A stretch of DNA of 64,000 bases from Candidatus Kapaibacterium sp. (GTDB lineage Bacteria; Bacteroidota; Ignavibacteria; Kapaibacteriales; UBA2268), in contig OY762428.1 of assembly GCA_963665665.1 (NCBI GenBank), forward strand, positions 3,904,001 to 3,968,000, written 5' to 3'. Under the pieces are notes generated by a model. The model did no database searches and was not told the DNA's origin. It was given only the letters and a program-made list of their open reading frames with translations. Numbering within the stretch: the stretch's first letter is position 1; each line of letters begins with the position of its first letter. Shown here one piece after another: positions 32,903-42,654 of the stretch. The translations under genes and the position numbers were made by a program.

Positions 32903-32977
32903 TCTTTTTCCGATCAGTTCAGTTTAATATTTATGTTATGGCGTATTGTCACAAGTTTTATTGAGGATCAAATTCCA

Positions 32978-33014
32978 CTTTCCATTTGCTTTCCTGCTTT
33001 TCTTTATGTAGATT
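32978..33014 (+). promoter_or_regulatory. 37-bp direct repeat, copy 1, containing sigma70-like TTGCTT-N17-TAGATT
   Basis: 35/37 identical to 34446-34482. Confidence 0.65.
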
Positions 33015-33349
33015 AATCATTGGTTATGAATTTTAATCTGAACATAAGATAATATAAAAAAGGTGGAGTTGATTTCTCTGCTGGAAAAATTAAGGGTAAT
33101 TTATGAATAGAAGAATATCGAGAATTGAAAACGATGTACAGGATAGACAATCAGAAGCCTGGAAACAAAAGGAAAACTAAAAAAGTAAAGAAAATTTTGC
33201 ATGGGTTGGTTATTAGCGCGATTGTTGATCTTTTAAAAATCAACAAAATTTCGTATAAAATCAGCTCAAATTATTTCATATTTTTCGAATCATTATCGAA
33301 TATTAACGAATCATATCGTATCAGAAGATTTTTTTTTGTATTTTTATTT

Positions 33350-34390
33350 ATGGAAAACAGGGTATATATATTTGGACTAAAAATTGATTGGAATCTTATC
33401 CGAATGATAAGCCAAATTGACAGATTTGACGCTTCATGGTCTTCAATCGAAAAAAAAGAAGGTTCGAGTTTAAAGCAATTAAAAACAATTGCAACTATTA
33501 GAAGTGTCGGAGCTTCCACTAGGATTGAAGGCTCAAATATGTCTGACAAAGAAATTGAAGCGTTGCTTAATGAAATTGACATTACAAAATTAGTAGATAG
33601 AGATTCTCAAGAAGTAGTAGGATATTTCGAAACTTTAGATTTGATTTCAGAGTCTTATAAAGATATTTCAATCTCTGAAAACAGTTTGAAACATTTGCAC
33701 AATGTTTTATTGAGACACAGCAAGAAAGATCTGTGGCATAAAGGAGATTATAAGCAACACAGTAATATAGTAGAAGCGAAATTTCCCGATGGTACTCAGC
33801 AGGTGATATTTCGAACTACAGAGGCCGGATTTCCTACTAAAGATGCAATGAGGCAATTAATAAATTGGTATTCTAATGACTCAGAGACTCATCCACTTGT
33901 GAAATGCGCATTATTTGTTTATGAATTTGTAAGTATTCACCCATTCCAAGACGGAAACGGAAGATTAAGCAGATTGCTTTCTTCCTTATTACTTTTAAAA
34001 AATGGATATAAATGGATTGAATATGTGAGCTTTGAACATGAAATTGAAAGCAGAAAAACTGAATATTACAGAGTATTAAGAATGTGTCAGGCACGTAGGC
34101 CTAATGAAGATGTAACAGAATGGATTCAATTTTTTTTCGATGCACTTGGAAATATTCAAAAACAATTAATGATAAAACTCGAAAGAAAGGGAATTGAAAC
34201 AAGATTATCTCCGCGTGAAAAATCTATTTTAATATTTATTGAAAATAATGCAGGTTGTAAATCCGGTGATATAGCTAAACGTCTCGGAATACCCAGCCCA
34301 ACAGTTAAGAAAATTTTACCTGAATTGATAAAACAAAACTTAATTGAAAAATATGGTTCCGGGCCGGGAACTAATTATTCAATAAAATAA
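33350..34390 (+). CDS. Fic-domain protein (class II) with C-terminal HTH
   Basis: HPFQDGNGRLSR catalytic motif; N-terminal STRIEG inhibitory motif; start at MENRV preferred over TTG 33125. Confidence 0.93.
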   Translation: MENRVYIFGLKIDWNLIRMISQIDRFDASWSSIEKKEGSSLKQLKTIATIRSVGASTRIEGSNMSDKEIEALLNEIDITKLVDRDSQEVVGYFETLDLISESYKDISISENSLKHLHNVLLRHSKKDLWHKGDYKQHSNIVEAKFPDGTQQVIFRTTEAGFPTKDAMRQLINWYSNDSETHPLVKCALFVYEFVSIHPFQDGNGRLSRLLSSLLLLKNGYKWIEYVSFEHEIESRKTEYYRVLRMCQARRPNEDVTEWIQFFFDALGNIQKQLMIKLERKGIETRLSPREKSILIFIENNAGCKSGDIAKRLGIPSPTVKKILPELIKQNLIEKYGSGPGTNYSIK

Positions 34391-34445
34391 ATGTCTTTAA
34401 ATAAATTATAGGTAATGGCAGGGAGATAAATATCATAAAACATCC

Positions 34446-34482
34446 CTTTCCACTTGCTTTCCTGCTTCTCTTTATGTAGATT
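34446..34482 (+). promoter_or_regulatory. 37-bp direct repeat, copy 2, promoter-like
   Basis: CTTTCCACTTGCTTTCCTGCTTCTCTTTATGTAGATT. Confidence 0.65.
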
Positions 34483-34540
34483 TCTATTTTAAAAAGAAGT
34501 TGCTGAAGATAAAATATTATTAACTCATATAAACGAAGAA

Positions 34541-34855
34541 GTGAGAGAATTACCAGAAGATATTATTGAGGAAATGAAAACACGATTTGGCTCTGAATTC
34601 AATTCAGCGATTAAAATTCTGGCCGAATATTTGGAAAAATATAATTATTTAGATTCTGACAGAATTGTTCGCTGTTCAATTTTTTTAACTCAAAACAGAA
34701 TTGAACACTGGAAGTCAAATTTGGATTCTGCAAAAACTGACCCGAGAGATATTATGTTTTGGGCAGAATACGAAAACCGAAATGATGATAAACCAAATAG
34801 GGTTAGAGATTTTAATAAGACATTTGCAGAAAATAATGTCAAAACTGATTATTGA
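34541..34855 (+). CDS. Hypothetical protein
   Basis: 104-aa ORF with DPRDIMFWAEY...RDFNKTF; co-oriented in AT-rich cluster. Confidence 0.7.
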   Translation: MRELPEDIIEEMKTRFGSEFNSAIKILAEYLEKYNYLDSDRIVRCSIFLTQNRIEHWKSNLDSAKTDPRDIMFWAEYENRNDDKPNRVRDFNKTFAENNVKTDY

Positions 34856-34887
34856 AAATGCTTTTATGAAATAAATCTAAGCATGAT

Positions 34888-35760
34888 ATGAAAGATAATA
34901 CGAAACACATAGAAGTTCATGACACAATTATCCATATTACAAGGCAGAGGGATGAAGATTATATTAGTTTGACTGATATGCTGAAATATAAGGAAAGTGG
35001 TGGATTAATTTTTAAGTGGTTAAGCAATAAAAATACGATTGAGTTTCTTGGAGTATGGGAAAAAATTTATAATCCGGATTTTAATTACACCGAATTCGGT
35101 GTAATTATGTCGGAAGCTGGAGTTAATAGATTTACAATGTCTGTAAAACAATGGATTGAGAGAACCAATGCCATTGGAATCTTTGCAAAAACAGGAAGAT
35201 ATGGCGGAACTTATGCTCATAAAGATATTGCTTTTGAACTTGGAACATGGATAAGCCCCGAGTTCAAATTACTTGTTATTAGAGAGTTTCAGAGATTAAA
35301 AGAAATTGAGAGTAATCTATACAATTTAGAATGGAATGTAAAGAGAATTTTAAGTAAGACAAACTATCACATTCATACTGATGCAATCAAAAACTTTATC
35401 ATTCCAGAAATTAATTATGATAAAGATAAACAATGGTTGCTCTATGCAGAGGAAGCTGATTTATTGAATGTTGCACTATTTAAATGTTCGGCAAAAGATT
35501 GGCGTGAATCCAACCCGGAATTGAAAACCAAAGGAATGAATATTAGAGATATTGCCAGTATAAATGAACTTGCTGTTTTGTCAAACCTTGAAACTCTTAA
35601 TGCAGAGATGATTTCGAAAGGGTACAGCAAAAATGACAGGTACAAACGTTTGAAAGAAATATCAGAATATCAATTAATAATAATGAATGAAAAAGATTTT
35701 ATGAAAGCTCTGAAAAAACTGAATGAAAAAGTGTATATTGAAAATAAAACAAGAAAATAA
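34888..35760 (+). CDS. KilA-N domain DNA-binding protein
   Basis: DYISLTD, TIEFLGVWE..YNPDF, GRYGGTYAHKDIAFE..WISPEFKL. Confidence 0.92.
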   Translation: MKDNTKHIEVHDTIIHITRQRDEDYISLTDMLKYKESGGLIFKWLSNKNTIEFLGVWEKIYNPDFNYTEFGVIMSEAGVNRFTMSVKQWIERTNAIGIFAKTGRYGGTYAHKDIAFELGTWISPEFKLLVIREFQRLKEIESNLYNLEWNVKRILSKTNYHIHTDAIKNFIIPEINYDKDKQWLLYAEEADLLNVALFKCSAKDWRESNPELKTKGMNIRDIASINELAVLSNLETLNAEMISKGYSKNDRYKRLKEISEYQLIIMNEKDFMKALKKLNEKVYIENKTRK

Positions 35761-35819
35761 TATAATGTCTATATATCTAATAATTACAAGAATTTGTTGA
35801 AAATGTCATCAAAAAATCA

Positions 35820-36194
35820 ATGAAACTAAAAGATATAACAGGAATATTTGTTTTTTGTTTAGGCGTATTACTTACATCTTGTAATCATGATGTCAAATTT
35901 GATAGCAGAAAATGGAAGGAAAACGGAGGAGATAACATTACTCTTGATACAAGGGCTAATATGGTTAACGATTTAATTAAAAGTAAAATTCTAATAAATA
36001 AAACAATTTTTGAGATTGAAGAGCTGATCGGTTGTAGTGTTAATATAGCCAATGAAAATAATAGTCTTTATAGATATTATATTATACAGGAGAAATACGG
36101 ATGGGATATAGATCCGAAGGAAATAACCTTACTCAAAGTACATTACGATGAGAAAGGAATATCCGATTCTGTTGAACTATATAAGACTAAATGA
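35820..36194 (+). CDS. Hypothetical lipoprotein
   Basis: Lipobox LLTSC; 124 aa. Confidence 0.75.
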   Translation: MKLKDITGIFVFCLGVLLTSCNHDVKFDSRKWKENGGDNITLDTRANMVNDLIKSKILINKTIFEIEELIGCSVNIANENNSLYRYYIIQEKYGWDIDPKEITLLKVHYDEKGISDSVELYKTK

Positions 36195-36334
36195 TAAAAT
36201 GAATTACTTCAGTAAATTCCATTAACCAATCCCCCAAAAACAAATAATCACATTTAGCTCACCCACCATAATATTCGATATTTGGCTTGCTTTTTGTTAG
36301 TACAAGCATTAAGTAGTTGTAAAACAAAAGATAT

Positions 36335-37735
36335 ATGATGTTCGGCAAAAAGTCTGATAAGGAAAATACACAGAAAAGCGGGCATGGCAGGTTATTCCGG
36401 CCGGTCAGTACTGTGGATGTAATGGAGGAAAGAGAAAAATTTTCCGCCACGGCAGAGAATTTTATCCAAACCCAACCCGGATTTATCCTTAAAGGCCCAA
36501 TATATATAATATTTATCATACTTTTTACAGCTGTTATTTACAGCTTTTACGCTGTTGTTGATACAAAGGTTACTACGACGCTGGCAGTACTCGGTGAGGA
36601 ATATATTGTGCAAAGCCCGGTTGCCGGTTCGGTCGGGTCGGTATTTGTAGAGCAAAACGACGACGTTTCATACCAGCAGCAGCTTTTGAGTATTATGTCG
36701 GAGTCGGCCCTTGCTTCCGAGTATGACCTCGAGGAGCTTAAGGTTGAACTGGAACTGCTCAGGAAAAAATATTTGCAGGTGGATGTATCCATCGAAAAAA
36801 TTAAATCTATTGCCAATGATTATGGTGGCAGGGACGGACGCTTTGTTGTGGAATTTGCAACGGGCCTGAGAAGAAACGGATTGATTGACCCGGCAGAAAT
36901 TCCGGAAAATGGGATTAGGGACAGCATCTGGAAAGCCTCGGAGTATTTCAACTTAGTGCAGAAGCTATCAGCAAATTCCGACAGGCTGTGGAATTCGTAT
37001 AACCGTTCGCTGGACCTTGAAAAGAAGCAATCTGCAATCTATCAGCAGGATATTATCCTTTTTGATAAAAAAGTGATAACCGAATACCAGATAGCCGCTT
37101 CAAGAGAAAAATACCTCGGGCTTGTGTCCCAGACCGAAGCCCTTATAAATAGTTACCGCGTGGAAATCTATTCGAACCTTCAGCTTCTCGACGACCTGCT
37201 TGAAAGCATAGCTAAGGAATACAGATCGACCGGTTCGGAGGTAAAGGAATTGGAAATACTGGAGGATGAAGTGATCCTGAAAGACCGCCAGGTGATAATG
37301 AAATCCAAGTACCCAGGCGTGGTTGCGGAAATTTACCCGAAATCTTACGAATATATCGGCAAGGGCGTTTCCCTGCTCAGGATTATCAGGGACGACCTGC
37401 CCAAAACAGGAATGATTTACATTTCAGACCAGAATGTTGGAAAAGTGAAAAAAGGCCAGACAGTATCAATTAAATTCGATGCCTATCCATACCAGGATTT
37501 CGGAATTCAGCTTGGGCGAGTTATTGATATTTCGCCCGATCCGCAGGTTGTTGAAGGGTACGGGCTGGTTTATGAATCAAAAGTTGTTTTCGATAAAATC
37601 AATCCTAAGATAAATTTAAAATATGGGATGCGCGGCGTGGCAGAAGTTTCTACGGGTTCGAAAAGAATGATAGAAACAGTATTCGCGCCAATATCAAAAG
37701 TATTTGATTACATAAGAGGCAAAAAATCAGACTAA
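36335..37735 (+). CDS. HlyD-family type I secretion membrane-fusion protein
   Basis: N-terminal TM, VQSPVAGSV, coiled coil, IKFDAYPYQDFG, ISPD, LKYGMRG.AEV. Confidence 0.92.
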   Translation: MMFGKKSDKENTQKSGHGRLFRPVSTVDVMEEREKFSATAENFIQTQPGFILKGPIYIIFIILFTAVIYSFYAVVDTKVTTTLAVLGEEYIVQSPVAGSVGSVFVEQNDDVSYQQQLLSIMSESALASEYDLEELKVELELLRKKYLQVDVSIEKIKSIANDYGGRDGRFVVEFATGLRRNGLIDPAEIPENGIRDSIWKASEYFNLVQKLSANSDRLWNSYNRSLDLEKKQSAIYQQDIILFDKKVITEYQIAASREKYLGLVSQTEALINSYRVEIYSNLQLLDDLLESIAKEYRSTGSEVKELEILEDEVILKDRQVIMKSKYPGVVAEIYPKSYEYIGKGVSLLRIIRDDLPKTGMIYISDQNVGKVKKGQTVSIKFDAYPYQDFGIQLGRVIDISPDPQVVEGYGLVYESKVVFDKINPKINLKYGMRGVAEVSTGSKRMIETVFAPISKVFDYIRGKKSD

Positions 37736-37743
37736 TATAAATT

Positions 37744-40700
37744 ATGGCAGACAACAACGCAAATATTAAACTTGATCCGGATCCGATTAAATCGGGTATC
37801 AGGGATATTATAAATGAAATTGACCTGTTCGCGGCACTGAGCGATTCGGATAAGGATAAACTGGCGGGGCATTTCGAATTTAAAAAACTTGGCCTCGGCG
37901 ACCCGATTTCGGAAGTTGGCAAGCCTTGTAATAATTTTATCTATGTTTACAAGGGCGCTATCAGGAAAAAGATCACTGCCGACGGCATCATCCGCAGCCT
38001 TGGGCGCGTTGAGGAAAAAGGCTTTACCGGGGAAATCTCACTTGTGGATGATACGCCCTGGAATTATTCTGTTTCAGCCGCCGACCCTGATACACATTTG
38101 CTTATTTTAGATTCCGTCAATCCTGAAGTAAGGTCTGTTGCTGTTTCTGCCAAAGAAAAAATTGCCGCATCCCTGCTTGAACACAAGATCAGGGATATAT
38201 TCAAATCAAAACTTATTGATGAAGACCTGGTTAAAGATATTGCCGACAGCGCATTTATCGAAAGGCACGACAAGGGAGAAATTATATTCAACCAGGGTGA
38301 AGAAAATAATTCACTATATATTATACTTCGCGGAATAGTTGATATCTACCGCGAGAACCTGGAAAATGACGGGCTTGTTGGCGTTGCCGGACGCGACGAC
38401 ATGATTGGCGAGTACGGCGTAGTTAGCGGCAAGCAGCAGGGCTACAGGGCCATAGCAAATGAAGAAACCGTTATGGTTGAAATCCCATACCAGCTTGTAT
38501 CGCAATTATTCAGCCATGATGACGGACTAAAAGAATTATTTGAAAGCAGAATTAAAAATTTTGAAGAAGAACTTGCCAAGATAACCGGTGGCGAGGCCGA
38601 TGACGAGAATAAAAAGATTTATCCAGAATTCAAAGATACGGGCGAAAAAAAGATCAGGCATTTCCCCTGGTTGCAGCAGCACGACGAAAGTGACTGCGGC
38701 CCCGCTTGTATTACCATGATCTCGAAATTTTACGGCAAGAAGCTGAGCATGGGGCAGGTTAGGGAAATGGCAAACGTATCGGTTGAAGGTGCCTCGATGG
38801 GGGCAGTTTGCCGGGCCTCGGAAAACCTTGGCTACAGGGCAAGGCCGTATAAACTCAGCTATCCCGGCCTTAAAAACCTGAAACTGCCGGCAATTGTCCA
38901 TTGGGAAGGCTATCACTGGACTGTATTGTTTAAAATAGATCCAAAAAATATATGGCTGGCAGACCCCGGTATCGGTATCAGAAAGCTGACACACGAACAA
39001 TTTAAAAAATCATGGACACGCTACGCGATAGAGTTAGAGCCTACACCGGCATTTAAAAGCCTGAAGCCGGCAAAAACTCCGGTATTCCGCTTCGTTAAAT
39101 ATCTGCTTCCGTATAAATTCTTCTTCTTTGAAATATTTATCGGGGCATTAGTTCTGAATGTACTTGGACTGGCATCTCCATTATTCATACAAAGTATTAT
39201 CGATAATGTTATCGTATATAAAAATGTTTCATTATTAAATATGATGCTGATGGGTATGGTGCTCGTCACCTTCTTCTCTACACTTACTTCAAGCATTCAG
39301 TCCCTGGTGATGATCTACGTAACCACACGCCTGGACTTGAAGCTGCTGGCGGATTTCTATAAGCACGTGCTAAGCCTGCCTATGAAATTCTTCTACTCGC
39401 GCAAAACGGGTGATATAATAACCCGCTTCGGCGAGAATAGCAAAGTAAGGGCTATTCTCTCGGGTTCGGCAATTTCCACCGTACTCAACGTGATAATGGT
39501 GGTTGTATATATATCAATGATGTTTGCCTATAGTGCCCCGCTTTCATTTGTTGTGCTTGCATTCCTGCCATTTTTCGTGGGGCTGACTCTCGTATTTTCA
39601 CCGATAATAAAAAGAATATCCAACGATATATTTATGTCCAACAGCGACCAAAGCTCGCTGATGATAGAATCCATACAGGGTATTGAAACCATCAAGGCAA
39701 ACTCGACAGAATGGAACGTAAGGACGAAATGGGAAGATTCATACGTTAACAACGTGAACCTTTCCGCCAAGATGCAGAAAACGCAGATGCTGGCAGGGAT
39801 TATAAGCCAGGTTGTAAACACAGCGTCGAGTATAACGCTGCTCTGGTATGGCGCCCACCTTGTAATGGAAGGCAGCATATCCGTAGGTGAGTTTATGGGA
39901 TTCAACGCAATAGTCGGTTCTGTGATGGGGCCAATAATGGGGCTGGTAGGGCTTTACGATCAGTTCCAGAATGTATCTACAAGTATGGAAAGGCTGAACG
40001 ACGTTCTTGAGATGGAACCCGAGGAAAAGCCACCGGCTGAAGAAGACAAACCAAAAGTATTTATCAAGAAGGCCAAAGGTGCCCTGAACTTCAAAGACGT
40101 GAATTTCCGCTACGGATCGGAGGATTCGCCGCTGGTCATCAATAATATGAACCTGGAAGTTCCGCCCGGCAAGGTAGTTGCATTTGTCGGCAAGTCCGGC
40201 TGTGGTAAGAGCACCCTGATGAAGATGCTGGCCGGCTTTAACATACCCACCTCCGGCGAACTGATGATCGACGGCATAGACCTTAAGAATATTGATATAA
40301 TGTCGCTGCGCCGGAATATTGGCTGGGTGCTGCAGGACAGTTTCCTGTTCAGTGGTTCGGTAATTGATAATATTGCCCTCGGCGATTTAAACCCGGATAT
40401 AGATAAGGTTAGAAAAGCTGCGGTGCTTGCCGCTGCTGATGAATTTATTAAGGATTTCCCGATGGGATACAAAACCATTGTCGGAGAAAAAGGCATGGCT
40501 GTTTCCGGAGGGCAGAGACAGAGATTATGCATAGCCCGCGCCCTTTACCGCGACCCCCAGATACTGCTAATGGACGAGGCCACATCCTCGCTTGACGCCG
40601 AATCGGAAAGAAGGATACAGGAGAACCTTGATAAAATTCTCGTGGGGCGCACGGCGGTAATTATTGCCCACCGCCTCAGTACCGTTCGCAACGCCGACAT

Positions 40701-40815
40701 GATATGCTACCTTGAAGGCGGCCGCGTAGCGGAAAAAGGCACCCACAGCGAACTGTTAAAAGCCCGCGGCCTATACTATGCCATGGCCTCCGAACAAATT
40801 GGCGGAGAAGATTGA
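37744..40815 (+). CDS. Peptidase-containing ABC exporter (two cNMP-binding domains, C39 peptidase, TMD, NBD)
   Basis: Two cNMP-like repeats (FTGEISL; IFNQGE...IGEYGV), QQHDESDCGPAC, HWEGYHW, ADPG, GKSGCGKS, SGGQRQR, LMDEATS. Confidence 0.93.
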   Translation: MADNNANIKLDPDPIKSGIRDIINEIDLFAALSDSDKDKLAGHFEFKKLGLGDPISEVGKPCNNFIYVYKGAIRKKITADGIIRSLGRVEEKGFTGEISLVDDTPWNYSVSAADPDTHLLILDSVNPEVRSVAVSAKEKIAASLLEHKIRDIFKSKLIDEDLVKDIADSAFIERHDKGEIIFNQGEENNSLYIILRGIVDIYRENLENDGLVGVAGRDDMIGEYGVVSGKQQGYRAIANEETVMVEIPYQLVSQLFSHDDGLKELFESRIKNFEEELAKITGGEADDENKKIYPEFKDTGEKKIRHFPWLQQHDESDCGPACITMISKFYGKKLSMGQVREMANVSVEGASMGAVCRASENLGYRARPYKLSYPGLKNLKLPAIVHWEGYHWTVLFKIDPKNIWLADPGIGIRKLTHEQFKKSWTRYAIELEPTPAFKSLKPAKTPVFRFVKYLLPYKFFFFEIFIGALVLNVLGLASPLFIQSIIDNVIVYKNVSLLNMMLMGMVLVTFFSTLTSSIQSLVMIYVTTRLDLKLLADFYKHVLSLPMKFFYSRKTGDIITRFGENSKVRAILSGSAISTVLNVIMVVVYISMMFAYSAPLSFVVLAFLPFFVGLTLVFSPIIKRISNDIFMSNSDQSSLMIESIQGIETIKANSTEWNVRTKWEDSYVNNVNLSAKMQKTQMLAGIISQVVNTASSITLLWYGAHLVMEGSISVGEFMGFNAIVGSVMGPIMGLVGLYDQFQNVSTSMERLNDVLEMEPEEKPPAEEDKPKVFIKKAKGALNFKDVNFRYGSEDSPLVINNMNLEVPPGKVVAFVGKSGCGKSTLMKMLAGFNIPTSGELMIDGIDLKNIDIMSLRRNIGWVLQDSFLFSGSVIDNIALGDLNPDIDKVRKAAVLAAADEFIKDFPMGYKTIVGEKGMAVSGGQRQRLCIARALYRDPQILLMDEATSSLDAESERRIQENLDKILVGRTAVIIAHRLSTVRNADMICYLEGGRVAEKGTHSELLKARGLYYAMASEQIGGED

Positions 40816-40912
40816 GGGATGAAAATTTTTTTTGATACTGCGATTATATTGATGGAATTTGTATTTTAGGGAAGTAGTTGATGAGGTAATTAAACAAGAC
40901 AGAAAGTATTAA

Positions 40913-41500
40913 ATGGACACATTTTTCTTCATAGGCATCTTAATACTTATATTTATTGGAATACCTATTGGTATTGGACTTCTACTATATTTCGTTCCAA
41001 AGCGACTCGGATTTCCGAAAACGTCAAAATATCTTACAATTTCCTATGGAATTCTTGTTCTGACAATTGCTTTCTTCATAATTTTCGAAGATCAACTTTT
41101 TTCCAAAAATGATGCAAAGGAACTTTTAATAGAGCAAGGAATTGAATTATCTGATGATTTTAAAATACTTCATAATGAAACAGTTTCAGCATTAGCCGAT
41201 AGTTACCATACTTTTACTCTTGAAATATCAGAGCAGGACAAAAGACATGCTATTTCTGAAATTCAAAATTCTGACAACTTTGATCAGGACAATAGATCAA
41301 TCATTGAAATGGTGTTTCAGAGGGAGAATAGATATTTTGGCTCTGTTGTGAAACTAAAATATCAAACAGAAAATGATTTTATCAGAGAATATTTCAAACC
41401 AAGTGGCAAAGAAGGTTATGCACCTACTTTCAGACGTATTTCAATATTAAAGTTTGAAGATATAGTAGAATATAAAAACTTAAAAAGATACATAAAGTAA
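40913..41500 (+). CDS. Hypothetical membrane-anchored protein
   Basis: 195-aa AT-rich ORF with two N-terminal TM segments. Confidence 0.7.
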   Translation: MDTFFFIGILILIFIGIPIGIGLLLYFVPKRLGFPKTSKYLTISYGILVLTIAFFIIFEDQLFSKNDAKELLIEQGIELSDDFKILHNETVSALADSYHTFTLEISEQDKRHAISEIQNSDNFDQDNRSIIEMVFQRENRYFGSVVKLKYQTENDFIREYFKPSGKEGYAPTFRRISILKFEDIVEYKNLKRYIK

Positions 41501-41592
41501 TTGTGCCAATGTAACTAATGTTAATAGTGAAAAAAGGCATTAAATCACCAAAAAACCTCTATTATTAAAGATAACAGAAAGAGTATGAATTA

Positions 41593-42513
41593 ATGGAAGA
41601 GACATTTAACGAACAATCGACTGCTGTAATGACAAAACCGCGAAAAACTGTTCTAGCGTTTTTGTTTTCGCTATTACTTCCCGGGTTCGGGCAAATTTAC
41701 AATGGACAGCTAATAAAAGGTATTGTGTTTTTTGTTTTAATTCATTCTGTTACTTATATATTTGCCCTAACACGTGCTGCAACATCATTATATGGCCTGA
41801 TTGCATGGTTTGTACTCGAAATAGCGCTTCTGATTTTTATAATCTATGACGGAGTAAAGAACGCCAGGCGACAAAAGCAGTATATCTTAAAACCATATAA
41901 CAGGTGGTACTATCATTTACTTTTTGCTATAGGGATGGTTAGTATTTTAATTTTTTTAGACATTTCTTTTTACAGTTTAGGTATAAAAAATTTTAAGATT
42001 ACCGGCTCCGGTAACAAACCGACTTTTCAAATTGGCGACCGTGTAGTTGCAGATGAGAAAGCATACAACAACAAGAAACCTGATTATGGCGATATTGTTG
42101 CCTTTTCAAGGCCTGACGGAAAGATATGGTTTTTTAGAATTGTAGGGCTTCCATTTGATATGATTGATTTAAATGATAATAATGTGTGTATTAACGGCAA
42201 GCCCGGTAAGGAAAAATTTATTTCGGAGACGAAAAGTGATGGCGTTCCGGTTCTTGAATTTGAAGAAGAGCTTCCAAACGGGCACAAATACCTGATCTAC
42301 AAAATGAAATATCCTTATGACAGTTCAAAAGCAAATATAAAACAAATCTTTGTGCCTCATGGAAGTTATTATGTAATGGGAGACAATCGTAACAGATCAT
42401 TAGATAGCAGGCATATTGGTTTCATAGATGAAGATAGTATCATAGGGCGCATTATTTATACTTATTGGGGAGACTCATTCGACAGAATAAATATTGATTT
42501 CAGAAACAAATAA
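41593..42513 (+). CDS. Signal peptidase I (S26) homologue with N-terminal TM bundle, catalytic residues atypical
   Basis: PT..IGDRV, RIVGLPFD, YYVMGDNRNRSLDSRHIG; LLPGFGQIYNG N-terminus. Confidence 0.85.
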   Translation: MEETFNEQSTAVMTKPRKTVLAFLFSLLLPGFGQIYNGQLIKGIVFFVLIHSVTYIFALTRAATSLYGLIAWFVLEIALLIFIIYDGVKNARRQKQYILKPYNRWYYHLLFAIGMVSILIFLDISFYSLGIKNFKITGSGNKPTFQIGDRVVADEKAYNNKKPDYGDIVAFSRPDGKIWFFRIVGLPFDMIDLNDNNVCINGKPGKEKFISETKSDGVPVLEFEEELPNGHKYLIYKMKYPYDSSKANIKQIFVPHGSYYVMGDNRNRSLDSRHIGFIDEDSIIGRIIYTYWGDSFDRINIDFRNK

Positions 42514-42578
42514 TATTTGCTGTTAAACTTATAATCCGGCCATCAACCTGGTCGATATGAAATATGATTTAACTTTTA

Positions 42579-42646
42579 CGAACTGATAAAAGCCCGCGGC
42601 CTTTACTACGCCATGGCTTCCGAACAGCTGGGCGGCGAAGATTGAG
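42579..42646 (+). repeat. Diverged duplicate of the last 68 bp of the ABC exporter gene (40749-40816)
   Basis: 60/68 identical; encodes ELIKARGLYYAMASEQLGGED* versus ELLKARGLYYAMASEQIGGED*. Confidence 0.92.
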
Positions 42647-42654
42647 TGGTCGGG

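Noticed and set aside
33125-33349. 75-aa N-terminal extension of the Fic ORF
   Set aside because: Low-complexity AT-rich sequence from a TTG start; the ATG at 33350 gives a typical family length.
33015-42540. attC-like sites between the AT-rich accessory genes
   Set aside because: Only isolated fragments such as TTATAGGTAAT and TTGTGCCAAT; no paired inverse cores were found by eye.
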